A DNA stretch of 64,000 nucleotides, taken from positions 736,001 through 800,000 of the forward strand of contig CAVRAL010000004.1 in assembly GCA_963719085.1 (NCBI GenBank), in the 5' to 3' direction. The notes under the pieces are model-generated. The model was not told where the DNA came from, made no database searches, and saw only the letters and a list, made by a program, of their open reading frames with translations. The stretch's first letter is position 1. Every line of letters starts with the position of its first letter. Both the position numbers and the translations under genes were made by a program. Source of the DNA: a candidate division FCPU426 bacterium. GTDB taxonomy: Bacteria > Oederibacteriota > Muellerivitia > Muellerivitales > Muellerivitaceae. Positions 43,453 to 53,460 of the stretch are shown in pieces.

Positions 43453-43486
43453 GGGTCCGCCATAACTTCAAAGCGAAAGGGATCTG

Positions 43487-43849
43487 ATGGCGAAGTTAAG
43501 TCTTTGGATCATGACGGCGGGTTATGTCTTAATCGGCCTGGCCCATTTTAGCCATACCAGCGATTTTGTCAAAATTGTCCCGCCTTATCTGCCCTTCCAC
43601 GCCGCGCTGGTCTATATCAGCGGATTTCTCGAGATAAGCTTGGGCCTCGCCGCTCTTTTTAAATCCACCCGCCGGCCCGCCTGCTACGGGATCATCGCCC
43701 TTCTTTTGGCGGTCCTGCCCGCGAATATTTATATGCTCACGTCTTATGTGCCCGGTTCTTCCATTGCCCGTTGGATTTTAGCGCTTCGGATTCCTTTTCA
43801 AGCGGTTCTCATACTTTGGGCCTATGGGAATAGCCGGATCCGGGAATAA
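43487..43849 (+). CDS. DoxX-like membrane protein
   Basis: GLAHF, IVPPYLP, SGFLEI, PANIYM, LRIPFQ. Confidence 0.8.
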   Translation: MAKLSLWIMTAGYVLIGLAHFSHTSDFVKIVPPYLPFHAALVYISGFLEISLGLAALFKSTRRPACYGIIALLLAVLPANIYMLTSYVPGSSIARWILALRIPFQAVLILWAYGNSRIRE

Positions 43850-43850
43850 A

Positions 43851-43883
43851 AAATCCCCGGGCGAAAAACTCACCCGGGGATTT
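43851..43883. terminator. Terminator hairpin between convergent genes
   Basis: AAATCCCCGGG...CCCGGGGATTT. Confidence 0.7.
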
Positions 43884-43908
43884 AAAGCCGACTCTAATTT
43901 TAAAAAAT

Positions 43909-45198
43909 TTAGGTGTTGTTTCCCGCCGCTTTCGAAGGCGTTCCGGAATCGGGCTGATCATCGTCATCGGCCGCCAAATCAGTTCCCTGTTCATCGAAAT
44001 TCTTAACACTGCCATCCGTAAAGGTCACCGTGACTTGCTCGCTGCCGTCGCTGGCGGCGTTAAACGCGACCGATTTGGCGTTGGAGCCTAAAAAAACCGC
44101 CTTGAATTTGGGAGGGTTCGCCGTGTCGCTCAAGATGGCGTCGTTGCTGTCGCCGAAAATCTTGACCACACAGGTTCCATCCGGGCTTTTGTATAAACCC
44201 TTTTGAACGATGGGTCCGGTGCTGGCCGCCGGATTGCCGGCCGGACTGCCCGGGGCCGCCGCCGAGTCGGTCGGAGCCGCCGGCGCTGGAGCGGCGCTGG
44301 TATCCGTATTCACGGCGTTGTAATCCCCGTTCTCGTAAACATAAACGATCGTGGTGTTATCCGGATCGTTCCACCACCAGCCGCCGTCATGCCAATAGCA
44401 CCAACGGCTGTAGCTCGGGTCGTACCACCACCAATTGCCCCAGTAATAACGGGTCCAAAAACAGGAGTCGCCCACATACCAGCCGTACCAGTGGTATCCC
44501 CAAGGATCGTAATAGTGGCAATAGTTGTAGCCGTTATAGGTGTGCCAATAATAAAAATTGGCCCGGGTTTCGGTTTGGTTATAGCCGTTGATCCGGTTCA
44601 TTTCGAGGGTGTTGGCCCGGAGGGAAGCCATGTGTTGTTGAACCACCGCGGATCCGATTTGGGTTCGAACCATCACATGGGCGGAAAGCGCCAAGCCATT
44701 CGGCCCGGTGCGGGGCAAACTGATGGTGGAATGGCCCCGGTTGGAAGTGACATATTGATAACGGTGGGTCCAAGGCTGGGGAACGCTGTGGATCCCCATG
44801 CTTTTAAAGCGGCCCGGAACGGCGACATGCGCCGACCTTGTGTATGAAAAATGAGAGGGGTTATAAGCGTCCGCCCGGGCCCGGTTCACATGGGGTGTCC
44901 GGGTGAAGCCAGAGCCGTTCGAGCGCCCAGAATTATAAGCATGATAATTGGAACCGCTCGAATTCCGATTGCCCCGGTGGTTATAGGTTCTTTGGCTTCC
45001 GCCCGTTGATTGGGAATGATGGCCTCCGTCGTTCCAGGAACCACCGCCGCCATTGTCCCTGTTAGAACCGTGATCGCCATCACGGCTCCCTCCGCCGGAA
45101 TTTCCGCCCTGATCCAGCCTATCCGCGGAAGCGCCTTGCGCTAAAAACCAACATAAAGCGAAAGCCAACACCCAAAATTTATTCATTAGCCACCTCAT
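43909..45198 (-). CDS. Secreted hypothetical protein with Gly/Ser/Asn-rich region and Trp/Tyr-rich segment
   Basis: Signal peptide; YYWHTYNGYNYCHYYDPWGYHWYGWY...WWWYD...WWWND. Confidence 0.7.
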   Translation of the reverse strand: MRWLMNKFWVLAFALCWFLAQGASADRLDQGGNSGGGSRDGDHGSNRDNGGGGSWNDGGHHSQSTGGSQRTYNHRGNRNSSGSNYHAYNSGRSNGSGFTRTPHVNRARADAYNPSHFSYTRSAHVAVPGRFKSMGIHSVPQPWTHRYQYVTSNRGHSTISLPRTGPNGLALSAHVMVRTQIGSAVVQQHMASLRANTLEMNRINGYNQTETRANFYYWHTYNGYNYCHYYDPWGYHWYGWYVGDSCFWTRYYWGNWWWYDPSYSRWCYWHDGGWWWNDPDNTTIVYVYENGDYNAVNTDTSAAPAPAAPTDSAAAPGSPAGNPAASTGPIVQKGLYKSPDGTCVVKIFGDSNDAILSDTANPPKFKAVFLGSNAKSVAFNAASDGSEQVTVTFTDGSVKNFDEQGTDLAADDDDQPDSGTPSKAAGNNT

Positions 45199-45300
45199 TT
45201 TTACCCTTTTTCTAAAGTCGGGACAGCGCTATTTACATTCCATTATATAAGACGCAGAAGCCGGGAGGCCGGTTTCGAAAAACAGGTGAATCTCCCGAAA

Positions 45301-46554
45301 TTAGCCTAAAATCGAGCGGTTACGGCCCTTTTCTTTGGCTTGGTAAAGGCATTGATCGGCCCATGTGAGCACCTCCACATAAGTGGGGTGTTTCTTATCG
45401 GGGCAAGCCAGGCCGATACTTAAGGTGATCTGGGCGTCTTTGACTAAATTTTTTTCGCCCGTGTTGGAGGCGCCGGCGCCTTTTTGGCGAAGTTTTTTGC
45501 GGATAACGAATTTCCGTTTTTCCAGTTTCTCCCGCATCACCTCAATCAGGGCCTGGGCCTCGGATCCTTCGGTGTCCTCGAAAACCGCGCAAAATTCCTC
45601 GCCGCCATAACGAAAGGCCCGGAACCCCAAGTGTTCCTGCAGGTGTTGGGCCACCATGCGAAGCACATTGTCGCCTTCCTCGTGGCCGTAGGTATCGTTG
45701 AATTTTTTAAAGTGGTCGATGTCCATCATGGCCAGGGTGAAACGGCCGGTCAGGGTGTGCAGGCGGTCGTCCAGGGCTTGGCGGTTGGGGATCCCCGTCA
45801 AAGGGTCCAGATAGACCCGGTTCCAATGAATATAAAAGGCGGAATGGAGTAAAACCGCGGTGATGGCCAGAAACGAAAGGATGATCGGCACCAAAGGCAG
45901 GGGCGCGAAAGGATTTAAATAGGCCTCCAAACTTTGGTTCAGCGCGAAGGCGAAAGCCAGAAGGCATAAATTCAAAGCGCCCAGGAAAAGCCGGGTTTTG
46001 GGTTCTTTCCAATAAGAGTAAATTCCCACAAGAGCGAAAGCCGAAAGCCAGGCCAATTGGGGAATCCGAAACCAATGGCTGGGGGCGCCTAAGTCCCAAT
46101 AAAGCAAGGCTTGGAATCCCGCCGGGTCCACGGATAGAAGCGAGGCGAGAAAGGCCAGGGGCAAAAAAGCCAGGAGAAATCGAAAAAGGGTTTCGGAGCT
46201 AAAGAGCCGGCTTTCCTTGAATGAAAAAAGAAGGCACAAGGATAAGGGAAAGGTCACCCCCGCGATTTCCAGGCAGCGCACCGGGGAGAGTCCCAAGCCT
46301 TGAAAAAAGCTGGGTTGACGGAAAAGAAAATAAACGCCCATCGTCCAAAGCGCGGCCGCCAGGATGCGGGTTTGGTTCAGTTGAAGCCCCAAAAATCCCA
46401 CCAAAGCCAGCCCCCAATAGGGCATCCAAGCCAGGAAGGTATCGGTATTTCTCACCGAGATAAGCCCCGGCACCAGCCAGGGGAGCCAATTGTTTAAAAA
46501 GGGGATGAGCAAGACGAAAAGATAAAGGCCGTAGGTTTTGAAAGGCGTGGTCAC
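45301..46554 (-). CDS. Membrane-bound diguanylate cyclase
   Basis: Multiple TM helices; DPLTGIPNR, DIDHFKKFNDTYGH, RYGGEEF. Confidence 0.9.
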   Translation of the reverse strand: MTTPFKTYGLYLFVLLIPFLNNWLPWLVPGLISVRNTDTFLAWMPYWGLALVGFLGLQLNQTRILAAALWTMGVYFLFRQPSFFQGLGLSPVRCLEIAGVTFPLSLCLLFSFKESRLFSSETLFRFLLAFLPLAFLASLLSVDPAGFQALLYWDLGAPSHWFRIPQLAWLSAFALVGIYSYWKEPKTRLFLGALNLCLLAFAFALNQSLEAYLNPFAPLPLVPIILSFLAITAVLLHSAFYIHWNRVYLDPLTGIPNRQALDDRLHTLTGRFTLAMMDIDHFKKFNDTYGHEEGDNVLRMVAQHLQEHLGFRAFRYGGEEFCAVFEDTEGSEAQALIEVMREKLEKRKFVIRKKLRQKGAGASNTGEKNLVKDAQITLSIGLACPDKKHPTYVEVLTWADQCLYQAKEKGRNRSILG

Positions 46555-46741
46555 GAGGATTTCCTAATCGTTGAGAAATTCATCTCCGATTTCTATTTTG
46601 CAAACGAAAGGGATGAATTGCCAATAAAATTTGAGGTCTTTTCGAAAAGACGCCCAAAAGTCGAATGCCGTTGGAATGAACGGCGATATATAATGCAAAA
46701 AGCGTAAGAGCGGCTTCCAAGCCAAACCTTAGGAACTCCTT

Positions 46742-47488
46742 TTGAACCAAGCCAACTATCCGCGGCACGAATTGCCGATTTTGATGTATCACCGCTTGGT
46801 CATCCAGGCGCCTGATGACAACAAATTCGACCTATGCGTCACCGCGGAAGACTTCGAAAAACAAATCCTTTGGTTGAAAGCCTGGGGGTTCACGCCGGTG
46901 ACCTTTGGGGACTTGGTGGAAAAACCCATCCCGTCCAAACCGATCATCCTCACCTTTGACGACGGTTATGAGGATAATTATCTCAACCTTTTTCCCCTCT
47001 TGAAAAAACACCAGGTCAAGGTCGCGGCTTATATTTTGGGGGACCGCTCCATCCGGCGCAACGAATGGGATATTCCCAAAGGCGGGATCGAGGTGCGGCT
47101 TTTAAACGACGCCCAAGTCTTAGAGATGGCCGCGAGCGGCTTGGTTGAGTTTGGGGCCCATTCCATGACCCATCAAAGACTGACGGAGGCTTCGCCGTGG
47201 GAAGTGAAAAGCCAAGTCGAAGACTCCAAAAAGTCCCTGGAAAGCCTTTTAGGCAAACCCCTTTTGTCTTTCGCTTACCCCTACGGGAGCCTGAATGAGG
47301 GCGTTAAACAAGCCGTCCGGGAAGCGGGATTTAGCTTCGGGATCGCCGTGGGAACCGGCCCCGCGCGCTTTTCGGCGGACCTTTTTGAGATTCGCCGGAT
47401 ACCCGTGCCGCCCACGATTTCCAAGTGGGATTTGTTCAGGAAGACCAGCGGTTTTTATCTGCGGTATCGTAAAATCTTTCATCCATGA
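46742..47488 (+). CDS. Polysaccharide deacetylase (CE4)
   Basis: ILMYHR, LTFDDGY, GAHSMTH, FAYPYG. Confidence 0.9.
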   Translation: MNQANYPRHELPILMYHRLVIQAPDDNKFDLCVTAEDFEKQILWLKAWGFTPVTFGDLVEKPIPSKPIILTFDDGYEDNYLNLFPLLKKHQVKVAAYILGDRSIRRNEWDIPKGGIEVRLLNDAQVLEMAASGLVEFGAHSMTHQRLTEASPWEVKSQVEDSKKSLESLLGKPLLSFAYPYGSLNEGVKQAVREAGFSFGIAVGTGPARFSADLFEIRRIPVPPTISKWDLFRKTSGFYLRYRKIFHP

Positions 47489-48288
47489 AAGCGGCCATGA
47501 AAAAACAAATCCCCACCCTGTCCGTCGCCATCATCACTTTGAACGAGCAAAAAAACATCGCCCGGTGTTTGGAGAGCCTGAGTTTTTCCGGCCGGGGGGT
47601 TCGTCTTTTGGAGGTCGTGGTGGTGGATGCCCAGAGCGGGGACCAAACCACGTCGGTGGCCCGAAAAAAAGGCGCGAAGGTTTTTACGCGGGCTTGGAAA
47701 GGTTATGGAAACCAAAAAAATTGGGCTTTGGACCAATGCCGAGGGGATTGGCTTTTATCGCTCGACGCCGATGAGGAACTGACCCCCGCGCTGATTTTGG
47801 AGATGGAGGCCCTGGTTCCGGCGGTCCCTCAAGATGTGAACGGTTATTACATAAAGCGCCGGGCTTTTTTCCTCGGCAAATGGATCCGGCATTGCGGTTG
47901 GTGGCCCGATTCCCAGCTTCGCCTCATCCGCCGGGGAAGCGGCCGCTTTAGCCTGGATCCGGTGCACGAGGGTTTGAGCGTGAAGGGGCCCACGCCCGAG
48001 CTGAGGGAACCCATGAACCATTACACCTATGACTCGATCCATCAGTATTTGGACAAGATGAACCGTTATTCGGGCTTGGCGGTCCTAAATGTTAAAAAGA
48101 AAAAGAAAATTTTCTGGGTCTATTACCTGACCTTGGCCCCTGTTTTTACTTTTATCCGTATGTTTGTATCCCGCCGCGGTTTTTTGGATGGTTGGCACGG
48201 ATTCGTGGTTTGCGGCCTGTCGGCCTTTCACGATTTCGCCAAATACGCCAAGCTTTGGGAAAAAGAGGTTTTAAAACGTCATGGATGA
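47485..48288 (+). CDS. Glycosyltransferase family 2 (LPS beta-1,4-glucosyltransferase-like)
   Basis: IITLNE, LDADE, VHE, GFLDG. Confidence 0.88.
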   Translation: MKAAMKKQIPTLSVAIITLNEQKNIARCLESLSFSGRGVRLLEVVVVDAQSGDQTTSVARKKGAKVFTRAWKGYGNQKNWALDQCRGDWLLSLDADEELTPALILEMEALVPAVPQDVNGYYIKRRAFFLGKWIRHCGWWPDSQLRLIRRGSGRFSLDPVHEGLSVKGPTPELREPMNHYTYDSIHQYLDKMNRYSGLAVLNVKKKKKIFWVYYLTLAPVFTFIRMFVSRRGFLDGWHGFVVCGLSAFHDFAKYAKLWEKEVLKRHG

Positions 48289-48595
48289 AGTTAAAGAGAT
48301 AGAACTCGAGGAAGGCAAGGCCCGGCTCGAGTCCGGCGCGGCTGTTTTCGTGGATGTGCGGGACGCGGGCTCTTTCCGCGAGGCCCACATTCCGGGAGCG
48401 CTCCATTTAAACGACCAAACGGTGGAAGCCTTCGTGGCCAAAGCCGATAAACAAAAACCCGTGGTGGTTTACTGCTACCACGGCCATACCAGCCTGGGCG
48501 GAGCGGCTTATTTGATGGAAAATGGTTTTACCGACGTGGTGAGCCTCAAGGGCGGGTTTGAGCTTTGGCGCCAAACCGGAAAAACCGAAAGCTGA
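48281..48595 (+). CDS. glpE: Thiosulfate sulfurtransferase (rhodanese), GlpE-like
   Basis: HIPGA, YCYHGHTS, GGFELW. Confidence 0.8.
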   Translation: MDEVKEIELEEGKARLESGAAVFVDVRDAGSFREAHIPGALHLNDQTVEAFVAKADKQKPVVVYCYHGHTSLGGAAYLMENGFTDVVSLKGGFELWRQTGKTES

Positions 48596-48607
48596 AGAAT
48601 TTTTTTT

Positions 48608-48737
48608 ACCACAAAGTACACGAAGTTAAAAATATTTTTATATTCAAAAATAAAACTCAGCATCACTTCGTGTACTCGCCCCACATTAACTTCTCGTAAC
48701 GGGCGCGCCCTTGGGCGTATGTGAACTTTGCGGTGAA
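48608..48737. repeat. Periodic palindromic intergenic element (9-nt units), interrupted right arm
   Basis: ACCACAAAG-TACACGAAG ... CTTCGTGTACT-[insert]-TGTGAACTTTGCGGTGAA. Confidence 0.65.
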
Positions 48738-48765
48738 ATTTTTAAAGCCTTTTAGGGAGGGGAAA

Positions 48766-49248
48766 ATGGGCGTCTGGGATAAGCCTTACCAATATTGGCT
48801 CATGAAGGCCGAGCCCGATGTGTATCCCATCGAGCAATGGAAAAAGGACAAGGTCACCTTTTGGGACGGCGTGCGCAACTATACCGCCCGTAATTTCATG
48901 CGGGACCGGATGAAAAAGGGCCAGGGAATGCTTTTTTATTACTCCGGCGGCAAACCCAGCGGCATCGCGGGCGTGGGAGAGATCGTGAAGGAAGGCTACC
49001 CGGACCCTTCGGCCTTTGACCCGAAGGACATTCATTTTGACGAGAAAAGCGACCCGGCCAAGCCCACCTGGTACTGCGTGGACGTGAAGTTCGTGAAAGC
49101 CTGCAAAGAAGTCATTTCCCTGGAATTCCTCAAAAAACAGGCGCCGCTCAAGGAGATGGCTCTCTTCAAATATTCCCGCCTGTCGGTACAGCCGGTCACT
49201 GAAAAAGAATGGAAGTTTATCCAGGGACTCATCGACGCGCAAAAGTAA
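48766..49248 (+). CDS. EVE domain protein
   Basis: YWLMKAEP, WDGVRNYTARNFM, YPDPSAFD, SRLSVQPV. Confidence 0.9.
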   Translation: MGVWDKPYQYWLMKAEPDVYPIEQWKKDKVTFWDGVRNYTARNFMRDRMKKGQGMLFYYSGGKPSGIAGVGEIVKEGYPDPSAFDPKDIHFDEKSDPAKPTWYCVDVKFVKACKEVISLEFLKKQAPLKEMALFKYSRLSVQPVTEKEWKFIQGLIDAQK

Positions 49249-49348
49249 TTTAGCAGGATAAAATATTCGAGGTCATCCCCAAATTCCCTCGGAATTTTAG
49301 GGATAGACAAGCTGTTTTGCAGCGCTGTTTTGGTTTTTCGTCAGCCTG

Positions 49349-49633
49349 CTACAGGCCCTTGGGATTGTCCTTGGTGGTGATGCTGACTTGGTAGGTTCTT
49401 GTCTCCAGGCTCACTTTACAAAGCACGATAAAAGGATGGCCCAGGCCCCACAGTTTCTTCAACTCGGGCGATTCCTTCATGAGTTCCTGGATGTATTTAT
49501 CCAAAATATCCTGGGCGTGCTGGCGGGCCGTTTCCAAACTGCGGTTGTTGGGGCGCATGTGGCCGAAGTGTTTTTCCACGCTTTGCTGAAGAATCCTCGT
49601 CAGCTGGCTGACAATCCGAATATTGGGTTCCAT
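49349..49633 (-). CDS. Hypothetical protein
   Basis: 94-aa ORF filling the intergenic gap, possible RBS; no motif recognised. Confidence 0.5.
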   Translation of the reverse strand: MEPNIRIVSQLTRILQQSVEKHFGHMRPNNRSLETARQHAQDILDKYIQELMKESPELKKLWGLGHPFIVLCKVSLETRTYQVSITTKDNPKGL

Positions 49634-49694
49634 CGGGCAGGCCTTTCCAAGGAATTCCGCGGGTTCAATTATACCGGGAGCTCCCCGGTGTGAT

Positions 49695-51356
49695 TCAACG
49701 GCCCGTTTTTATTTCATCCGGGTAAAGGGTTCCGGCGGTCCGAATGCTGGGAATCGCCGGTGAGGGATCGGGGGCCACAATTCCCGGAATCTCCCAGTAA
49801 AACCAAGTGTCGCCGACTTGCCCCGTGGGCGGCAAGGCGCTCATCCAACTTTGGGCCAAGGGTTCCAAATCCGGATAAAAGACCGGGCCTAATTGCAGGA
49901 AGCTCGCGTTGACCACATAGACCCGGCCGGGTTGGGGTTGGGCTAAGTCCCGCTTCGTCCAAGGCTCCGCTTTTAATCCATAAAGCGAAAGATCCGTTCC
50001 ACCGCATTGAGCGGCTTTGACTTGGCCCCAGTCCCTCTGGACGGCGGTTTGGGCCAGTCTTTTTTCATCCTGTCCCCAGTCCAGGTTTGAGTCGGCCAGA
50101 CAATCAATCTTTTTTTGCGGCGGAACGAGGTCGTTGAAATAGCTCAGAAGATCGGCGTGGTTTAACAGCGTGGTTCCCGAATGCCAAACCAAAAGCGCGG
50201 CGACCAAAATTTTACCCATCTTTGGGGCGGACCGAAGCTTGAAAGTCCAAAGCCAGAGGGCCGCTTGGGCCGCCATCCATAGGATAAAAGGATAGGCCGG
50301 CAAAAGATAACGAACGCCCAAATTTTGGACCGGCAGGATCGCGATAAAAAAGACGACCGCCGGAAGCCAAACCCAATGGGGGATCAGGATTTTTTTCCGC
50401 GCGGCAAGCCCCAGCGCCAGTAGAAATAAAATTAGAAGCGGCGCGGTGCTTTTTAAAAGAAAGGCCAGGGGATAGTAAAGCCAGTGGGAATGGCGCCCCG
50501 CCTCCCCGAGAAAGTAAACGGGATGATAGGCGCCCGTTTGGGCCAGGATGGCCGCCAGTCCCTCTTTTAAATAGGCCCAAGGCAGAAGCGGCGGTTTGGA
50601 AAAAAAACTGTTGGGCAGGTATAAAAGGCCGGTCCAAACGAGAAAAGCGAAAGCGCCCCAGGCCCAGGCCTTGGTTTTTACGGCCCAAGTCTTGGGGGTC
50701 CGGGGACGGGTTAAAAATTCCAAAAGCGCGAAGGCGGGAATCAACGCGAGGGCCGAAAACTTACAGGTGACGGCCATCGCGGTTAGGACCCCGACCAAAA
50801 TATTTTGTTTCCAGCCCGGCGACCTCAAGTATTTTTGAAAGGCCGCGACCGCCGCTAAAACAAAAAAAGTAACAGGCGTGTCGGCGACCGAAAGCCCGGC
50901 GAAGGCCAAAAGGGTGGGCTCAAAAGCCCAAAGGACCATCACCGCCATTCTTTGAACCCGCGGGGCGCCGCGGGTCAATTGGAACAAGAGAATGCCGATC
51001 CCCAGGCCAAAAGCCAGGCTGACGAACCGCGCGGCGTGAAGCATTCCCTCGAACTTATCCCGATTTAGAACAAAGAAAAAGTCGTAAGCCCGCGTGATGA
51101 AGTTATTTACCCCCGGGTCCAATGCTTGCCTTAAGGGCATCAGCCGCAGGGGGAGCGCCTGCAGGGCCCGGGCGAAAGGCGGATGGCCGATATCCGAAAG
51201 GGCGTCTCCCTGCCAGTAAAAATAGCCGCCGGTAATTTCGCCCGGCTCATCGGCGGTGGGGGAATTCTCGAATAGATTGGGAACGACTTGCGCCGCGAAT
51301 AGGAACAGAAATAAAAAAAGCCAGGGGAGTCCCAGCCGGGGTGAAGAGGATCGCAT
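49695..51356 (-). CDS. ArnT/PMT-like (GT39/GT83) membrane glycosyltransferase
   Basis: PTADE, HPPF, KFSAL, GVRYLLP, DSNLDWGQD; many TM helices. Confidence 0.8.
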   Translation of the reverse strand: MRSSSPRLGLPWLFLFLFLFAAQVVPNLFENSPTADEPGEITGGYFYWQGDALSDIGHPPFARALQALPLRLMPLRQALDPGVNNFITRAYDFFFVLNRDKFEGMLHAARFVSLAFGLGIGILLFQLTRGAPRVQRMAVMVLWAFEPTLLAFAGLSVADTPVTFFVLAAVAAFQKYLRSPGWKQNILVGVLTAMAVTCKFSALALIPAFALLEFLTRPRTPKTWAVKTKAWAWGAFAFLVWTGLLYLPNSFFSKPPLLPWAYLKEGLAAILAQTGAYHPVYFLGEAGRHSHWLYYPLAFLLKSTAPLLILFLLALGLAARKKILIPHWVWLPAVVFFIAILPVQNLGVRYLLPAYPFILWMAAQAALWLWTFKLRSAPKMGKILVAALLVWHSGTTLLNHADLLSYFNDLVPPQKKIDCLADSNLDWGQDEKRLAQTAVQRDWGQVKAAQCGGTDLSLYGLKAEPWTKRDLAQPQPGRVYVVNASFLQLGPVFYPDLEPLAQSWMSALPPTGQVGDTWFYWEIPGIVAPDPSPAIPSIRTAGTLYPDEIKTGR

Positions 51357-51380
51357 GATTTTATTTTATCAGTTTAAAGC

Positions 51381-52130
51381 TTAAGATTTAAAAGCTTTAA
51401 ACCGCAGACGCACATAGTCGGCGGTCCAAAGTCCGCGCGCGTCGCGAAGGGCGGGCCGGACCGATTCCTGGATTTCTTCTAAAAAAGCCGGGATGGCCGC
51501 GGGTTCCAAGGCGGCCAAATAACCTTTGCGGAAGGTTTGAACCCAATCCCGGATGTCCCCCGGCAAGGGCGTGGGGCGGGCGAAAAGCTCCATTGACCGT
51601 ACTTGAAAACCCCGGCGTTCCAACAGCCGCTTGTATTCCTCGACCGAAGGATAAAAATTGGGGTCGGATACTTTTCCCAAGAGCCCCCGTTTTTCAAGGG
51701 CTTGGCGGGTGGCGGCTTCAATTTGGGCGATATTGCCTTGGCCGCCCATCTCGGCCGCGAACCGTCCCCCCGGTTTCAAGGCCCGCCATACGCCGTCAAT
51801 GACCTTTTCCTTTTCTTTCATCCAATGAAGGGCGGCGTTGCTGAAGACGGCGTCAAACTCATCCTGAAAGGTGAGGGCTTGGCCGTCCATCAAACGGGCA
51901 TCCAAGCCCAAAGCTTGGGCCGAGTGGATAAAATCGGGGCTGGTATCCACGCCCACAACGACGCATCCCAGATCCTTTAGCTTTTGGGTCAAGACCCCGT
52001 CGCCGCACCCCAGGTCCAAAATCCTTTCACCCGGGCGGGGCGACAAAAGATCGATGACGGGCATGCCGAGGTCGGAGACAAACCGCGCGTTCTTTTCGTA
52101 ACTATCGTGGTTCCAGGTTTGAGAGGCCAT
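51381..52130 (-). CDS. Class I SAM-dependent methyltransferase (trans-aconitate methyltransferase-like)
   Basis: ILDLGCGDG, FDAVFSNAALHW, DYVRLRF. Confidence 0.88.
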   Translation of the reverse strand: MASQTWNHDSYEKNARFVSDLGMPVIDLLSPRPGERILDLGCGDGVLTQKLKDLGCVVVGVDTSPDFIHSAQALGLDARLMDGQALTFQDEFDAVFSNAALHWMKEKEKVIDGVWRALKPGGRFAAEMGGQGNIAQIEAATRQALEKRGLLGKVSDPNFYPSVEEYKRLLERRGFQVRSMELFARPTPLPGDIRDWVQTFRKGYLAALEPAAIPAFLEEIQESVRPALRDARGLWTADYVRLRFKAFKS

Positions 52131-52176
52131 CGAAGGAGTCCTTCTTTCTAATTCCTAATTTCAGGCCGATCCCCCA

Positions 52177-52824
52177 TTAGCGGGAAAGCGTGGTTAAAAG
52201 TTCGGCGGGATGGTGAAGGATAATTTTAGCCCCGGCTTTTTGAAGTTCTTCCTCGCTGCCGAAGCCCCAAGTGACCCCTACCGCGTTAATGTTGTTTTCC
52301 CGGGCACCGGCTATGTCTTGTTCCCGATCTCCCACCATAAAAATCGGGACGGTTAATTTTTCTTGATCCAAAACAAATCGAATCAAGTCGGTTTTATGGA
52401 CGTTGGTTCCGTCCAATTCGCTGCCGTGGATGGCCTTGAAAAATCGGTCGAGTTTAAAATGATTTAAAATTTGGCGGGCGTAAATCGAAGGCTTCGAAGT
52501 TGCCACATAAAGATCGAAGACCGGCAGAAGCGATTCCAAACTTTCAACGATCCCCTCGTAAACACGGTTCTCGAAGATTCCGGCCTCCTGGTACCGATGC
52601 CGGTAAAGCGCGAGTGCCCGCTTTCCCAAAACCGGGTCACCACCCACCAATTGGGTGAGGGAAATTTGAAGGGGCGGCCCCACACACCAGCCAAGATCAG
52701 CCGTTTCCCCCAAAGTGACGCCTAATTCTTTTAGGGCGTAACGAATGCAATGGAAAATACCCACTTGGTTGTCCGTGAGGGTTCCGTCCAAATCGAACAG
52801 AATATTCCCGCGTTTTTCACCCAA
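52177..52824 (-). CDS. HAD-superfamily hydrolase (phosphoglycolate phosphatase/nucleotidase-like)
   Basis: FDLDGTLTD, VATSKP, MVGDR. Confidence 0.88.
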   Translation of the reverse strand: MGEKRGNILFDLDGTLTDNQVGIFHCIRYALKELGVTLGETADLGWCVGPPLQISLTQLVGGDPVLGKRALALYRHRYQEAGIFENRVYEGIVESLESLLPVFDLYVATSKPSIYARQILNHFKLDRFFKAIHGSELDGTNVHKTDLIRFVLDQEKLTVPIFMVGDREQDIAGARENNINAVGVTWGFGSEEELQKAGAKIILHHPAELLTTLSR

Positions 52825-52845
52825 AAAAAGTTCTTTCTGCGGAGT

Positions 52846-53448
52846 TTAAAACCCGCTCACATAAGGCAGGTTTTTCGCCACCGCGGCGGTTTTGGGGGCG
52901 TTGGCCAAGAGCAGCCCCGTGGAATCCCAGGTGCCGTTGACCAAGGCGTTGCGCTTGGACTCGTGGATCTCGAATTTCAGGTGTTCCTTGCCCTCGCTGA
53001 AAAGAACCTTTTGATCCAAGTCCAGTTTGAACTGGGTCTGGGGCTTTTCCTTGGCCAGGGCCTGAAGTTTTCGCATGTCGGCCTGGCTGACCGTGGCCGT
53101 CGGGATGCCCAGCATGGTGCAGTTGCCCGCGAAAATTTCCGCGAAAGACTCCCCAATGATGGCCCGTACGCCCCAGCGCATGAGCGACTGGGGGGCGTGC
53201 TCGCGGGAAGAGCCGCAGCCAAAATTTTGGTTCACGAAAAGAATATGAGACCCCTGGAATTGCGGCAGGTCAAAGGGATGGCCCTTGGGTTTGCCCTCAG
53301 CGTCAAACCGCTCGTCATAAAAGGGATACCGGCCCATGTTGGTGAAGGTGATTTCTTTCAAGTAGCGGGCTGGAATGATCCGGTCCGTGTCGATATCGTT
53401 GCCTTCCACCGGAACGGCCCGCCCCTCAATTTGATTAATTTTGCTCAT
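52846..53448 (-). CDS. leuD: 3-isopropylmalate dehydratase small subunit
   Basis: DIDTDRIIPARYL, NFGCGSSREHAP, SFAEIF. Confidence 0.95.
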   Translation of the reverse strand: MSKINQIEGRAVPVEGNDIDTDRIIPARYLKEITFTNMGRYPFYDERFDAEGKPKGHPFDLPQFQGSHILFVNQNFGCGSSREHAPQSLMRWGVRAIIGESFAEIFAGNCTMLGIPTATVSQADMRKLQALAKEKPQTQFKLDLDQKVLFSEGKEHLKFEIHESKRNALVNGTWDSTGLLLANAPKTAAVAKNLPYVSGF

Positions 53449-53460
53449 TTTAAACCTCTT

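Noticed and set aside
46598..46660. c-di-GMP-I riboswitch (GCAAAC-GAAA-GGGATG)
   Set aside because: Lacks the stem around GAAA and the second hairpin
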